Of a stretch of DNA of 64,000 nucleotides, positions 27,866 to 43,856 are shown piece after piece. This DNA is from Lysobacter sp. GTDB lineage: Bacteria; Pseudomonadota; Gammaproteobacteria; Xanthomonadales; Xanthomonadaceae. Each line of letters starts with the position of its first letter. The stretch's first letter is position 1. The notes beneath the pieces are model-generated. The model searched no databases and was not told where the DNA came from. It saw only the letters and a program-made list of their open reading frames with translations. The position numbers and the translations under genes were made by a program. The DNA is taken from contig JBOHYB010000019.1 in the NCBI GenBank assembly GCA_050737695.1, forward strand, positions 77-64,076. The letters are read 5' to 3'.

Positions 27866-28810
27866 ATGAAGGTTTTGTTGCGCGGCGTTGCCGTGATGTT
27901 GACCACCGTGGTGCTCGCTGCGGTCGTGGCGGTTCCCGCCGCCGCGCAGGAGGCTGCTCCGCTGGAAACCGAGCGCGCCAGGACCAGCTATATGGTCGGC
28001 CATGATGTCGCCCGATCGATCGGCGCCGCGGCGCCGGATATCGACCTGGCGGCGTTCGACCGCGCCGTCGCCAATGCCGTGCAGGGTGGCGAGCCGCTGA
28101 TCGAAGACAGCCAGGTGCCGGTCACCGGCCGCGCGCTGATGATGCGCATCGCCGCGCGTGCCGGCCGGGCACCGGAGGACGCCGAGGTGCCGGAGGTGAA
28201 CAAGGAGCAGGTCGGGTATCTGGTCGGTTCGGACGTCGGCCGCTCGTTGCTGCCGATGAAGGATGAACTCGAATTGCCGATCCTGCTGCAGGCAGTGCGT
28301 GCCGCTCTCGGCGGCGGCGAGTTGCGGATGACCGAGGCCGAACTCGATGCCACCCGTGAAGCGTTCGCCCGGAAGATGCGCGGCCAGTTCGAGGCCCGCA
28401 TGAACGCCGAGGCCGAAACCAACAAGGCCGAGGGCGCGAAGTTCCTCGCCGCCAACAAGCAGCAGAAGGGCGTGTTTACCACGCCGTCGGGCCTGCAGTA
28501 CCGGGTGCTGCGCCAGGGCTCGGGTCCGCGCCCGCGGCCGGGCGCCCGGGTCCGGGTCAACTACGAAGGCAAGCTGCTCGACGACACCGTGTTCGACAGT
28601 TCCTACGAGCGCGGCGAGCCGACCGAGTTCGGCCTCGACCAGGTGATCGCGGGTTGGACCGAAGGCCTGATGCTGATGCCGGTCGGTGCCAAGTACCGCT
28701 TCTGGATTCCCGGCGACCTGGGATACGGTGCCAAGGGCGGCGGTGGCGGCCAGATCGGTCCCAACGCGACCCTGGTGTTCGACGTCGAGTTGCAGGCAAT
28801 CGTCGAGTAA
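27866..28810 (+). CDS. FKBP-type PPIase (Mip/FkpA family) with duplicated N-terminal domain
   Basis: Signal peptide; two SY.VG.DV.RS segments; C-terminal FKBP (VNYEG.L..FDSS..VIAGWTEGL..YG). Confidence 0.92.
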   Translation: MKVLLRGVAVMLTTVVLAAVVAVPAAAQEAAPLETERARTSYMVGHDVARSIGAAAPDIDLAAFDRAVANAVQGGEPLIEDSQVPVTGRALMMRIAARAGRAPEDAEVPEVNKEQVGYLVGSDVGRSLLPMKDELELPILLQAVRAALGGGELRMTEAELDATREAFARKMRGQFEARMNAEAETNKAEGAKFLAANKQQKGVFTTPSGLQYRVLRQGSGPRPRPGARVRVNYEGKLLDDTVFDSSYERGEPTEFGLDQVIAGWTEGLMLMPVGAKYRFWIPGDLGYGAKGGGGGQIGPNATLVFDVELQAIVE

Positions 28811-28957
28811 GCCGGCCGCAAGGCCCGTCCCGCAGTTGCGGCCGGGCCGCATTCACGACGCGCCGATACGGCGCCGTTCAGGCTGCCGTCGACACAGTGG
28901 CGCGCTGGCGTCCGGCGCTGTCGAGCGCATCCACCATCCACAGGAGCTCCACCTCTC

Positions 28958-29764
28958 ATGAAGTCCGATTTGATGAAGCCTGCCACCCGAACCGTCGCGC
29001 TGCTGGCCGTGGCCACCCTGTCGCTTGCCATCGCCGCCTGCCAGCCGGGCGACAAGACCGCCGACGCCGACAAGGCTGACGCGACCGCCGACACCGCGGC
29101 GTCGGCCGAAGACGGTTTGAAGATCGAGGGGTTGGCGAACGAGAAGGAGCAGGTCAGCTACATGATCGGCCGCGACATCGCCCGTTCGCTGGAAGAGGTC
29201 AAGGACGAGATCGACGTCGCGACCCTGTCGAAGGCGATCACCGCCGGCCTGGCCGGCGAGAAGTCGCTGATGACCGACGAGCAGGCCACCCAGGTGCGCG
29301 AGACGTTCGCCCAGCGGATCCAGGCCGAGCGCATCGCCGAGATGATGGCGACGGCGAAGACGAACCAGGAAGAAGGCGCCAAGTTCCTCGCGGACAACGC
29401 CAAGAAGGAAGGCGTCAAGACCACCGAGTCCGGCCTGCAGTACCAGGTCATCACCGAAGGCAAGGGAGCCAAGCCGGACGGCGACGACGTGGTGCGCGTG
29501 CACTACAAGGGCACCCTGCTCGACGGCGAGACCTTCGACAGTTCATACGATCGCAATGAACCGGCGGTATTTTCGCTGCAGCAGGTCGTGCCGGGCTGGC
29601 AGGAAGGCATCGCCTTGATGCCGGTGGGCAGCAAGTACCGCTTCTGGATTCCCAGTGAGCTCGGCTATGGCGAGAAGGGCACCCCGGGTGGCCCGATCGG
29701 ACCGAACGCGGTGCTGGTGTTCGAGGTCGAGCTGCAGGACATCGTGCAACCGCCGACCGAATGA
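28958..29764 (+). CDS. FKBP-type PPIase, lipoprotein (Mip-like)
   Basis: Lipobox IAA-C; single SYMIG N-domain; VHYKG..FDSSY..VVPGWQEG FKBP domain. Confidence 0.92.
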   Translation: MKSDLMKPATRTVALLAVATLSLAIAACQPGDKTADADKADATADTAASAEDGLKIEGLANEKEQVSYMIGRDIARSLEEVKDEIDVATLSKAITAGLAGEKSLMTDEQATQVRETFAQRIQAERIAEMMATAKTNQEEGAKFLADNAKKEGVKTTESGLQYQVITEGKGAKPDGDDVVRVHYKGTLLDGETFDSSYDRNEPAVFSLQQVVPGWQEGIALMPVGSKYRFWIPSELGYGEKGTPGGPIGPNAVLVFEVELQDIVQPPTE

Positions 29765-29783
29765 TCCGGTTCTGATGCAGTGG

Positions 29784-29843
29784 TTTTGACGTGGCGATTT
29801 TGACGTGGCGATCATCGAGGTAAGTGATCATCGCGGTAAGTGA
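29784..29843. repeat. Compound tandem repeat (14-mer x2, then 16-mer x2)
   Basis: TTTTGACGTGGCGA x2 (29784-29811), then TCATCG(A/C)GGTAAGTGA x2 (29812-29843). Confidence 0.9.
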
Positions 29844-29852
29844 TTCCCCGGG

Positions 29853-29907
29853 TACGGCGGCTGTCCGGTTTGACGGAAAGCCGCCGTATCGAGGGGTCGA
29901 GCGACCC
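29853..29907. other. Two stem-loops in the ugd leader
   Basis: TACGGCGGCT-g-TCCG-gtttga-CGGA-a-AGCCGCCGTA (29853-29888) and GGGTC-gagc-GACCC (29894-29907). Confidence 0.7.
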
Positions 29908-29930
29908 GCCACCCAGCACGGATCAACCCT

Positions 29931-31289
29931 ATGCGAGTCACCATCTTCGGCACCGGCTACGTCGGCCTGGTCACCGGTACCTGCCTGGCCGAAGTCGGCC
30001 ATGACGTGGTCTGCGTCGATATCGACCAGGGAAAAGTCGACGCTCTCAATCGCGGCGAGGTGCCGATCTTCGAACCGGGGCTGGCGCCGCTGGTGCAGGC
30101 CAACCGCGAAGCGGGGCGCTTGCGCTTTACCAGCGACCCGATCGAATCCATCGGCCATGCCGAACTGATCTTCATCGCCGTCGGCACGCCGCCCGACGAG
30201 GATGGCAGCGCCGACCTGCAATACGTTCTGGCGGTGGCCAGGACGATAGGACGTCACCTTGAGGCCCCCGTCGTGGTGGTCGACAAGTCGACGGTGCCGG
30301 TCGGGACCGCCGACAAGGTACGCGCGACCATTGCCACCGAGTTGGCCGCGCGCGATGCCCAGGTCGAGTTCGAGGTGGTCGCCAATCCCGAGTTCCTGAA
30401 GGAAGGCGACGCGGTCAACGACTGCATGCGCCCGGATCGGATCATCATCGGCTCCAGCAGCGACGAGGCGATCGACGCGCTGCGTCGGCTGTATGCGCCG
30501 TTCAACCGCAACCGCGACCGCATCGTCGAGATGGACGTGCGTTCGGCGGAACTGACCAAGTACGCGGCCAACGCGATGCTGGCGACCAAGATCTCCTTCA
30601 TGAACGAGATCGCCTGCATCGCCGAGCAGGTCGGCGCCGATGTCGAGATGGTGCGCCAGGGCATCGGCTCCGACCCGCGCATCGGCTGGCACTTCATCTA
30701 CCCGGGCGCCGGTTATGGCGGCTCCTGTTTCCCCAAGGACGTGCAGGCGCTGTCCCGGATGGCGCGGCAGGGCGATTGCGACACGCACCTGCTGGACGCC
30801 GTCGAGACCGTCAACCGGTTGCAGAAGGGCCACCTGTTCGAGCTGGTGCAACGTCACTATGGCGGTGACATCGCGGGCAAGACGTTCGCGCTGTGGGGAT
30901 TGGCGTTCAAGCCCAATACCGACGATATGCGCGAGGCGGCCAGCCGCCGTGTGCTGGAGCAACTGTGGGCCGCCGGTGCCCAGGTGCGCGCCTACGACCC
31001 GGAAGCCAGTGCCGAGGCCCGCCGGATCTATGGCGAGCGTGACGACCTGGTCTACTGCGATTCCGATCGCGAAGCGCTCGAAGGTGCCGATGCGCTGATC
31101 GTGGTCACCGAATGGAAGCAGTTCCGCAGCCCCGACTTCGCGCGCCTGCACGCGGCGTTGGCGGATCGGGTGATCTTCGACGGCCGCAACCTTTATCATC
31201 CGGACCAGGTCGAAACGGCCGGCATCGCGTACTACGGCATCGGCCGTGGGCGATCGATCCGATCGCCGAAGACGCAAGCGGATAAGTAA
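29931..31289 (+). CDS. ugd: UDP-glucose 6-dehydrogenase
   Basis: [39 protein letters not shown]. Confidence 0.95.
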   Translation: MRVTIFGTGYVGLVTGTCLAEVGHDVVCVDIDQGKVDALNRGEVPIFEPGLAPLVQANREAGRLRFTSDPIESIGHAELIFIAVGTPPDEDGSADLQYVLAVARTIGRHLEAPVVVVDKSTVPVGTADKVRATIATELAARDAQVEFEVVANPEFLKEGDAVNDCMRPDRIIIGSSSDEAIDALRRLYAPFNRNRDRIVEMDVRSAELTKYAANAMLATKISFMNEIACIAEQVGADVEMVRQGIGSDPRIGWHFIYPGAGYGGSCFPKDVQALSRMARQGDCDTHLLDAVETVNRLQKGHLFELVQRHYGGDIAGKTFALWGLAFKPNTDDMREAASRRVLEQLWAAGAQVRAYDPEASAEARRIYGERDDLVYCDSDREALEGADALIVVTEWKQFRSPDFARLHAALADRVIFDGRNLYHPDQVETAGIAYYGIGRGRSIRSPKTQADK

Positions 31290-31519
31290 TGAGCAATGAA
31301 CTGGAACACCGCCTGGTCGAACTGGAAACGCGAGTCTCGTTCCAGGAGCACACGATCGGCGAGCTGAGCGATGCGCTGGCGGCGGCACGCGACGAGGAGG
31401 CGCGCAACGCCTTGCTGTTGCATCGCGCGCTGGACGAGCTGAAGCAACTGCGCGGGGCCCTGTCCGCCAACCCGATGTCGGCCGATGCGGCCGCCGAGCC
31501 ACCACCCCCCCACTACTGA
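31289..31519 (+). CDS. slyX: SlyX family protein
   Basis: RLVELETRVSFQE coiled coil and C-terminal EPPPPHY. Confidence 0.9.
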   Translation: MSNELEHRLVELETRVSFQEHTIGELSDALAAARDEEARNALLLHRALDELKQLRGALSANPMSADAAAEPPPPHY

Positions 31520-31563
31520 CAAGCCGGGGCCGCAGCGCATGCGCGGCCACGGTGACGATGGAC

Positions 31564-32253
31564 ATGAGCAACGACACCCTTCGCAACCAGCTTCTCGGCC
31601 TCGGCTTCAAGCCGCCGGCGCCCGAACCCAAGCGCGCCGATGGCGCGAAACGCGGCGGCCGGCCCGGTGCCGGTTCGCCGGATCGGCGCGGTGAACGCGG
31701 CAAGCCCCGCTCCGAACAGACGCGACCCGACCAGACGCGACCCGGTCAACCGCGCCCCGCCGCCGGCAAGCCCGGCGCCGGCAGGCCCGGTGCGCCGCGC
31801 CCCGGACGAGGCCGGGCCAAGCCGCGCGAGGACATCGATCTCGCCAAGGCCTACGCCATCCGCTCACAGCGCGAGAAGGACGAGCGGATCGCGGCCGAGC
31901 GCGTGAAGCAGGAAGAAGCCCGCCTGCGCCGCGAAGCGCGTGCGAGGCTGGCGGCGCTGGTCAAGGACAAGGGGCTGAACGTCTCCGATGCCGACATCGC
32001 CCGGCACTTCCCGTATGGCGGCAAGATCAAGCGCATCCACGTCACCGCCGACCAGCTGAAGGCGCTCAACGCCGGCGAGCTGGGCGTGGTGCAGGTGGAC
32101 GGGCGCTACCTGTTGGTGACCGCCGAGGTGCTGGCGCAGGCCGAACAGGTGTTCGCCCCGGCGGTGGCGTTGAAGGTCGACCCCGACGCGCCGGTCGCGG
32201 ACGAGCCGTACTCCGATCCGCAATACCAGGTGCCGGACGACCTGGTCTGGTAG
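31564..32253 (+). CDS. DUF2058 (YaiL-like) protein
   Basis: LRNQLLGLG N-terminus, RHFPYGGKIKRI, C-terminal YQVPDDLVW; start at MSNDT is uncertain. Confidence 0.8.
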   Translation: MSNDTLRNQLLGLGFKPPAPEPKRADGAKRGGRPGAGSPDRRGERGKPRSEQTRPDQTRPGQPRPAAGKPGAGRPGAPRPGRGRAKPREDIDLAKAYAIRSQREKDERIAAERVKQEEARLRREARARLAALVKDKGLNVSDADIARHFPYGGKIKRIHVTADQLKALNAGELGVVQVDGRYLLVTAEVLAQAEQVFAPAVALKVDPDAPVADEPYSDPQYQVPDDLVW

Positions 32254-32277
32254 GGCTGGTTTCGCTGGACTCTCCGT

Positions 32278-32354
32278 TGTAGGAGCGGCTTTAGCCGCGA
32301 TCGGGAATCGGACGAGCAACCAAACATCCGATCGCGGCTAAAGCCGCTCCTGCA
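32278..32354. repeat. REP doublet 5
   Basis: Inverted arms between convergent genes; right arm ends CCTGCA (one mismatch). Confidence 0.9.
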
Positions 32355-32374
32355 AAAGCTCGGGCAGACGTAAT

Positions 32375-36189
<3,815 letters not shown>

Positions 36190-36211
36190 GACGGGTTCCT
36201 GCATCGGTGGT

Positions 36212-37159
36212 TCATGCGCGATTGCGGGCTGCCTTCTTGCGGGCGATCAGGGCGATCACCGCGAAGTGCGGCGGACGGCGCTCGCGGGTGACGGTCTCGC
36301 AACTGACGATCTCGAAACCGGCCTTGGTCGCGAATCGCGACAGCTCCTTCTCGCTGAAGCCGAGGTTGACGTGGCCGTAGGCTTCCACCACCGACCGGTG
36401 CTCGTGACTGGCCAGGCTGGTCAGCAGCAGCCGACCGCCGGGGCGCAGCACGCGCGCGGCCTCGGCAACGGCCTTGGCCGGCTCGTCGGCATAGGTCAGC
36501 GCGTGCATCAGCGCCACCAGGTCGAAATGGGCATCGTCGAAGGGCAGGGCGTGCATGTCGCCTTCGCGCACCTCGACGTTCTTGAGCTTGCGCAGGCGCT
36601 CGGACGCCGCCAGCACGACCTTGGTGCTGGAATCCAGGCACACGTAGCGGTGCGAATGCGGCGCCAGCAGTTCGGCCAGTACGCCGTCTCCGGACGCGAT
36701 GTCGAGCACGTCGCCGGGTTCCAGCAACGGCAGTGCCGAGCGCGCCATCGCCTCCCAGGTACGGCCGGGCGAGTAGTGGCGCTCCATGTCGCCGGCCACC
36801 GAGTCGGCCCAGTTCTGGTCGGCCGCGCGCATTGCCAGCACCGCCGGCACGCGCTCGGCGTCCTGGCGCAGCAGCGGGTCGTCGCTGCCTTCGCGCAGGG
36901 TGGTCCACAGCGCCCGCTGGGCGTGGTCGAGGGCGGCGTCCTCGAAGCGGTAGTAGGCCGACACGCCGGCGCGGCGATCGCGCACCAGGCCGGCGTCCTT
37001 GAGCTTGGCCAGATGGGTCGACACCCGCGGCTGGGCGAGACGGGTGATCGCCGAGAGTTCCGCCACGGTCAGTTCCTCGCGCTCGATCAGGGCGAGCAGG
37101 CGCACCCGGGTGGCATCGGCAAACACCTTGAGCCGTGACGACCAGCCTTCCAGATCCAT
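36212..37159 (-). CDS. ArsR HTH + SAM-binding methyltransferase-fold regulator (SahR/SamR type)
   Basis: N-terminal ArsR ([16 protein letters not shown]), motif I LDIASGDG; first gene of the metH operon. Confidence 0.88.
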   Translation of the reverse strand: MDLEGWSSRLKVFADATRVRLLALIEREELTVAELSAITRLAQPRVSTHLAKLKDAGLVRDRRAGVSAYYRFEDAALDHAQRALWTTLREGSDDPLLRQDAERVPAVLAMRAADQNWADSVAGDMERHYSPGRTWEAMARSALPLLEPGDVLDIASGDGVLAELLAPHSHRYVCLDSSTKVVLAASERLRKLKNVEVREGDMHALPFDDAHFDLVALMHALTYADEPAKAVAEAARVLRPGGRLLLTSLASHEHRSVVEAYGHVNLGFSEKELSRFATKAGFEIVSCETVTRERRPPHFAVIALIARKKAARNRA

Positions 37160-37182
37160 GTTTCCACCCAGCCTTTCATGCG

Positions 37183-37204
37183 CTTATCGCGATACAGAGA
37201 TAAG
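37183..37204. promoter_or_regulatory. Candidate SahR/SamR operator
   Basis: CTTATC-N10-GATAAG inverted repeat 23 nt upstream of the regulator ATG. Confidence 0.6.
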
Positions 37205-37344
37205 TGTGCTGTCCGGGCACGCGATGGTCAAGCCGGAAGGTCGCGAAGCCCCGTCGTGAGGTTCGGTTACGGGTTCGGTTATTGCCCACGCAGGGCTACA
37301 ATTGCCCGATTGCTGCCCCATTCGCGACCAACCGAGGTGCCGAC

Positions 37345-38493
<1,149 letters not shown>

Positions 38494-38691
38494 CCATGCA
38501 TCGCTCGAGCTGCCGGTTCACCGCGGCCTGCCATGCGCAGCGCGGCTGCGATCGCCGCGATATCCCGATCGCTGCGGGCGACGCGACGGCCCTGGCCGGC
38601 CGCGTCGCCCGCATGCCCTTCCACCTGCACTGAAACCTGGCCATGGCCCGCGCAAACGCGCGGGCCTCACTGCATTGGACACCCCGTTCAC

Positions 38692-41600
38692 ATGAGCACC
38701 AAGCCCAAATCCAAGCCCGCCGCGCGTGCCGGCGCCAAGACCGCCGCCGCGAATCCGCCGAAGACGGCCACCCCGAAGAAGGCCGCGGCGCGCAAGCGCG
38801 CACCGGTGGTGTTCCCGGCGAGCAACGCCAGCAAGAGCGACGTGGTGTCGCTCAAGCCGATCCTCGATGCCGTCGGCAAGCGTTTCCCCAAGGCCCGCCA
38901 GGCGGATGGCGAGGCCTTCGTCAAGGCGTTCTACAAGCGCATGGGCGAGGACGAGCTGCCCAAGCATTCGCCCGAAGGCTGGGCGGCGCTGGCCTGCGAC
39001 TTCCTCGACTTCGCCCGGACCCGCAAGCCGGGGACCGCGCAGGTGCGGCTGTTCAACCCGACCCTGAAGACCCATGGCTGGGAATCGCCGCACACCGTGC
39101 TGCAGATCGCCAACGACGACATGCCGTTCCTGGTCGACTCGGTGACCATGGCGCTGGCCGAGCAGGACATCGGCGTGCACGTGCTGGGCCACCCGGTGGT
39201 GCCGTTCAAGCGCGACAAGGCCGGCAAGTTGGCCAAGGTCGGCGAGGGCGAGCCGGAATCGCTGATGCACCTGGAGATCGACCGGTTGCCGGCCGAGGCG
39301 ATGCCGAAGGTCGAGAAGGAGGTACTGGCGGTGCTGGACGACGTGCGCGCGATGGTGCGCGACTGGTCGGCCATGCAGGGCAAGATGCTGGGCGTCGCCG
39401 ACGAGCTGGGCGAGCGCAAGTTGCCGGTCAGCAAGGAAGGCCGCAAGGAGGCGCAGGAGTTCCTGCGCTGGGCGGCCGACAGCCATTTCACCTTCCTCGG
39501 CTACCGCGAGTACGAGGTGGTCAAGAAGGACGGACAGGAAGTGCTGTGCGCGGTGAAGGGCTCCGGCCTGGGCCTGCTGCGCGGCCAGGACACCCGCAAG
39601 CCGCGGCCGCTGGCTTCGCTGGCGGCGCACTACATGCCGCACTCGGGCTCGGTCGACGCGCTGATCCTGACCAAGACCAACGCCCGCGCCACCGTCCATC
39701 GTCCCGGCTACATGGACTACATCGGCATCCTCAGCTTCGACGCCAAGGGCAAGCCGGTACGCGAGGAGCGTTTCCTCGGCCTGTATACCTCCAGCGCGTA
39801 CAACCGTCGTCCGTGGGACATCCCGCTGGTGCGCGAGCGTCACAATTACGTGATGGAGAAGTCCGGCTTGCCCGGCGACAGCCACAGCGGCAAGGCGCTG
39901 CGCCACATCCTGGAAACCCTGCCGCGCGACGAGCTGTTCCAGTCCAGCGGCGAGGAGTTGCTGAAGACCGCGACCGGCATCCTCGGCCTGCAGGAGCGCG
40001 TGCGCAGCAAGCTGTTCCTGCGCCGCGACCGCTATGGGCGGTTCTTCTCCGGCCTGGTCTACATCCCGCGCGACCGTTTCAACACCGACGTGCGCCTGCG
40101 CATCGAGGCGATGCTCAAGCGCGTGCTGCACGGCGAGCACATCGATACCACCGTCGTACTCGGCGAGTCGCCGCTGGCGCAGTTGCACCTGCTGGTGCGG
40201 CCGAAGTCCGGCGAGGCGATCCAGGTCGACAATGCCGCGATCGAGGCCGAGTTGGCCGAGATCGTGCGCAACTGGCGCGACGACCTGCGCGAGCTGCTGG
40301 TCGAGCGCCACGGCGAGCAGCGCGGCCTGGCGCTGGCCAACGGTTATGGCCGCGCGCTTCCGGCCGGTTACATCGAAGACGTATCGGTGGCGATCGCCGC
40401 CGATGACGTCGAGCACCTGGCGGCGTTGGAAGGCCCGGACGACCTGCGCCTGAGCCTGTACCGGACCCGCCCGGGCGTGGGCGGCCTGCGCTTCAAGTTC
40501 TATCGCCAGAACGACGACATCCCGCTGTCGGATGCGTTGCCGACGATGGAGAACATGGGCCTGCGGGTGATCTCCGAGCATCCGTACCGCCTCTACGCGC
40601 ACAGCAGCCTGCTGTACATCCAGGATTTCGAGGTCGAGATCGCCAACGCCGAGGCCGACATCGCCGACATCGATGAGAACTTCGTCGAGGCGTTCGCGCG
40701 GATCTGGCGCGGCGATGCCGAGAACGACCGCTTCAACCAGTTGGTCCTTGCCGCCCACCTGTCGTGGCGCCAGGTCGCGATGCTGCGCGCCTACAGCAAG
40801 TACCTGCAGCAGGTCGGCGTGCCGTTCTCGCAGGCTTACGTCGAAGACACCTTCATCCGCTATCCGGTGCTGGCGCGGCTGATGGTGGAATTGTTCGAGG
40901 CCCGTTTCGATCCGGCCACCGGCAAGGAGAGCAAGGCCGAGGTCAAGGCCGGGATGGAGCGGCTGTCCGCCCAGTTCGCCCGTATTTGCGCGGGCGACGA
41001 GGCGTTGCTGGCGGCCCTGAAGCCGGCCATCGCCTCGCGCAGCGGCAACCGCGAGGTTCAGATCGCCGCGACCCGCAATACCCTCAAGAGCCTGCTCGAC
41101 CGGGTCTCCAGCCTCGACGAGGACCGCATCCTGCGCAGCTTCATCGGAGTGATCGAGGCGACCCTGCGCACCAGCTACTACCAAGCCATCGAGGCCGACG
41201 GGAGCAAGGGCTACGTCAGCTACAAGTTCGATTCGACCAACGTGCCGGACCTGCCCAAGCCGCGTCCGTACCGTGAGATCTTCGTCTACGGCCCGCGCGT
41301 CGAAGGTATCCACCTGCGTTTCGGTCCGGTCGCCCGCGGTGGCCTGCGCTGGTCGGACCGTCGCGAGGACTTCCGCACCGAGGTGCTGGGCCTGGTCAAG
41401 GCGCAGATGGTCAAGAACACGGTGATCGTGCCGGTTGGCTCCAAGGGCGGCTTCATCAGCAAGCGTCCGCCGGCCGGCGGCGAGCGCGACGCGGTGTGGG
41501 CCGAGGGCGTGGCCTGCTACAAGATGTTCATCAACGGCCTGCTCGACATCACCGACAACCTGGTCGACGACAAGGTCGTGCATCCGGCCAACGTGGTCCG

Positions 41601-43743
41601 CCACGACCAGGACGATCCGTACCTGGTGGTCGCTGCCGACAAGGGCACCGCGACCTTCTCCGACATCGCCAACGGCATCGCCCGCGAGCACGGCTACTGG
41701 CTCGACGACGCGTTCGCCTCCGGCGGTTCGGTCGGTTACGACCATAAGGGCATGGGGATTACTGCGAAAGGCGCTTGGGAGTCGGTCAAGCGCCACTTCC
41801 TGGCGATGGGACGCAACAGCCAGAAGCAGGATTTCACCGCGGTCGGCATCGGCGACATGTCCGGCGACGTGTTCGGCAACGGCATGTTGTTGAGCAAGCA
41901 CATCCGCCTGGTTGCCGCATTCGACCACCGCCACATCTTCCTCGACCCGAACCCGGATGCCGCAGTGACGTTCAAGGAACGCCAGCGGATGTTCAAGATC
42001 CCGCGCTCGAGCTGGGAGGACTACGACAAGTCGTTGATCAGCAAGGGCGGCGGTATCTTCCCGCGCTCGGCCAAGTCGATCCCGTTGTCGCCGCAGGTGC
42101 GCGAGGCGCTCGGCATTGAAGGCGACGTGGCGGCGCTCAGCCCCGCCGAGCTGATGAGCGCCGTCCTCAAGGCACCGGTCGACCTGCTGTGGAACGGCGG
42201 CATCGGTACCTATATCAAGGGCAGCAGCGAGAGCCATGCCGACGTCGGCGACCGCGCCAACAATGCCTTGCGCGTGGACGGCCGCGACCTGCGCTGCAAG
42301 GTGGTGGGCGAGGGCGGCAACCTCGGCATGACCCAGCTCGGGCGGATCGAGGCGGCGCATTGCGGTGTGCTGCTCAACACCGACTTCATCGACAACTCCG
42401 CCGGTGTCGACACCTCCGACCACGAGGTCAACATCAAGATCCTGCTCAACTCGCAGGTGCAGGCGAAGAAGCTGACCCTGCCGGCGCGCAACAAGCTGCT
42501 GGCATCGATGACCAACGAGGTCGAGTCGCTGGTGCTGACCGACAACTACCGGCAGAACCAGGCGATCAGCCTGATGGAGCGGATGTCGGTGCCGCGGCTG
42601 GGTTCCAAGCTGCACTTCATCCACACCCTGGAATCGCAGGGCCTGCTGGACCGCCAGATCGAGTACCTGCCCAGCGACGCCGAGATCGCCGAGCGCAAGA
42701 CGCGCGGTCAGGGCCTGACCCGGCCGGAACTGGCGGTGCTGCTGTCGTACAGCAAGCTGGTGCTGTTCCAGCAGCTGGTCGATTCCGACGTGCCGGAAGA
42801 CCCGTACCTGTCGAAGGAACTGGTGCGCTACTTCCCGCAGCCGCTGCAGAAGAAGTACGCCGATGCGATGGAGAACCACCGCCTGAAGCGCGAGATCATC
42901 GCCACCGCTGTGACCAACTCGATGGTCAACCGGATGGGCGCGACGTTCACCCTGCGCATGCAGGAAGACACCGGCCGCAGCGCCGGCGAAGTCGCCGAGG
43001 CCTACACCATCGCTCGCGAAGCGATCGATGCACGCGGGCTGTGGGCGCAGATCGACGCGCTCGACGGCAAGGTGCCGGAAGCCGTGCAGATCGATGCGTT
43101 GCAGACGATCTGGCAGCTGATGCGCTCGATGTCGCGCTGGCTGCTGTCGCGCCCCGGGGCGATGCCGGAGATCACCACCGCGATGGCGCGTTACGGCGAC
43201 GGTCTCAAGGCGGTGCGCGAAGCGTTGCCGAGCACGATGTCGGATGTCCGCCGCGAGGAGTTCGAGGCCAGCCTCAGGGACTGGAAGGCCAAGGGCCTGC
43301 CTGATGCACTGGCCGAAGAGCTGGCCGGGCTGCCGATGCTCGAGTTCGGCTGCGACATCGTCGAGATCGCCCACGCCCGCAAGCTGTCGCCGGTCGAGGT
43401 GACTCGTGCGTACTTCAGCCTGGGCGCGGCGCTGCACCTGCCCTGGCTGTATGCGCAGATCGAGACGCTTCCGGTCGACGGGCGCTGGCAGGCCTTGGCC
43501 CGCGGCGCCCTGCGCGACGAGCTGGGTGCGCAGCAACGAAGCCTGGTCGGGCAGATCCTCGCCACCGGCGGCAAGAAGCCGGCCGGCGAGAAGGTGGCGG
43601 CCTGGGTCAAGCGCGACGAGCCGACCCTGCGGTTCACCCAGGCGATGCTGACCGACCTGCTGAACCAGAAGACGCTGGACTATCCGACCGTGTCGGTGGC
43701 TGTGCGTCGGTTGGCCCAGGTCGCCTCGGCCGGGACGGCGTAG
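38692..43743 (+). CDS. gdhB: Large NAD-specific glutamate dehydrogenase
   Basis: Start MSTKPK (38692), 1683 aa; [46 protein letters not shown]. Confidence 0.95.
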   Translation: MSTKPKSKPAARAGAKTAAANPPKTATPKKAAARKRAPVVFPASNASKSDVVSLKPILDAVGKRFPKARQADGEAFVKAFYKRMGEDELPKHSPEGWAALACDFLDFARTRKPGTAQVRLFNPTLKTHGWESPHTVLQIANDDMPFLVDSVTMALAEQDIGVHVLGHPVVPFKRDKAGKLAKVGEGEPESLMHLEIDRLPAEAMPKVEKEVLAVLDDVRAMVRDWSAMQGKMLGVADELGERKLPVSKEGRKEAQEFLRWAADSHFTFLGYREYEVVKKDGQEVLCAVKGSGLGLLRGQDTRKPRPLASLAAHYMPHSGSVDALILTKTNARATVHRPGYMDYIGILSFDAKGKPVREERFLGLYTSSAYNRRPWDIPLVRERHNYVMEKSGLPGDSHSGKALRHILETLPRDELFQSSGEELLKTATGILGLQERVRSKLFLRRDRYGRFFSGLVYIPRDRFNTDVRLRIEAMLKRVLHGEHIDTTVVLGESPLAQLHLLVRPKSGEAIQVDNAAIEAELAEIVRNWRDDLRELLVERHGEQRGLALANGYGRALPAGYIEDVSVAIAADDVEHLAALEGPDDLRLSLYRTRPGVGGLRFKFYRQNDDIPLSDALPTMENMGLRVISEHPYRLYAHSSLLYIQDFEVEIANAEADIADIDENFVEAFARIWRGDAENDRFNQLVLAAHLSWRQVAMLRAYSKYLQQVGVPFSQAYVEDTFIRYPVLARLMVELFEARFDPATGKESKAEVKAGMERLSAQFARICAGDEALLAALKPAIASRSGNREVQIAATRNTLKSLLDRVSSLDEDRILRSFIGVIEATLRTSYYQAIEADGSKGYVSYKFDSTNVPDLPKPRPYREIFVYGPRVEGIHLRFGPVARGGLRWSDRREDFRTEVLGLVKAQMVKNTVIVPVGSKGGFISKRPPAGGERDAVWAEGVACYKMFINGLLDITDNLVDDKVVHPANVVRHDQDDPYLVVAADKGTATFSDIANGIAREHGYWLDDAFASGGSVGYDHKGMGITAKGAWESVKRHFLAMGRNSQKQDFTAVGIGDMSGDVFGNGMLLSKHIRLVAAFDHRHIFLDPNPDAAVTFKERQRMFKIPRSSWEDYDKSLISKGGGIFPRSAKSIPLSPQVREALGIEGDVAALSPAELMSAVLKAPVDLLWNGGIGTYIKGSSESHADVGDRANNALRVDGRDLRCKVVGEGGNLGMTQLGRIEAAHCGVLLNTDFIDNSAGVDTSDHEVNIKILLNSQVQAKKLTLPARNKLLASMTNEVESLVLTDNYRQNQAISLMERMSVPRLGSKLHFIHTLESQGLLDRQIEYLPSDAEIAERKTRGQGLTRPELAVLLSYSKLVLFQQLVDSDVPEDPYLSKELVRYFPQPLQKKYADAMENHRLKREIIATAVTNSMVNRMGATFTLRMQEDTGRSAGEVAEAYTIAREAIDARGLWAQIDALDGKVPEAVQIDALQTIWQLMRSMSRWLLSRPGAMPEITTAMARYGDGLKAVREALPSTMSDVRREEFEASLRDWKAKGLPDALAEELAGLPMLEFGCDIVEIAHARKLSPVEVTRAYFSLGAALHLPWLYAQIETLPVDGRWQALARGALRDELGAQQRSLVGQILATGGKKPAGEKVAAWVKRDEPTLRFTQAMLTDLLNQKTLDYPTVSVAVRRLAQVASAGTA

Positions 43744-43780
43744 CCGCGACGCTCGCAACGGGTCCGGCAACACCAGTGAG

Positions 43781-43810
43781 CGGCGATCCGGGGAAAGTCC
43801 CAGGTCGCCG
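43781..43810. terminator. Stem-loop after gdhB (possible terminator)
   Basis: CGGCGATC..GGGG-AAAG-TCCC..GGTCGCCG followed by T-rich tracts. Confidence 0.4.
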
Positions 43811-43856
43811 TTCGCACTTTTGCCTGTCCGTTTTTGTCCTGCGCTATCCTGCGGCC

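Noticed and set aside
37262-37278. TTCGG-N7-TTCGG as a PIP box
   Set aside because: Spacing does not match the N15 consensus, and there is no type III secretion context.
37160-37344. SAM or SAH riboswitch upstream of the metH operon
   Set aside because: No recognisable aptamer consensus by eye; a protein operator explains the region. An Rfam scan would settle it.
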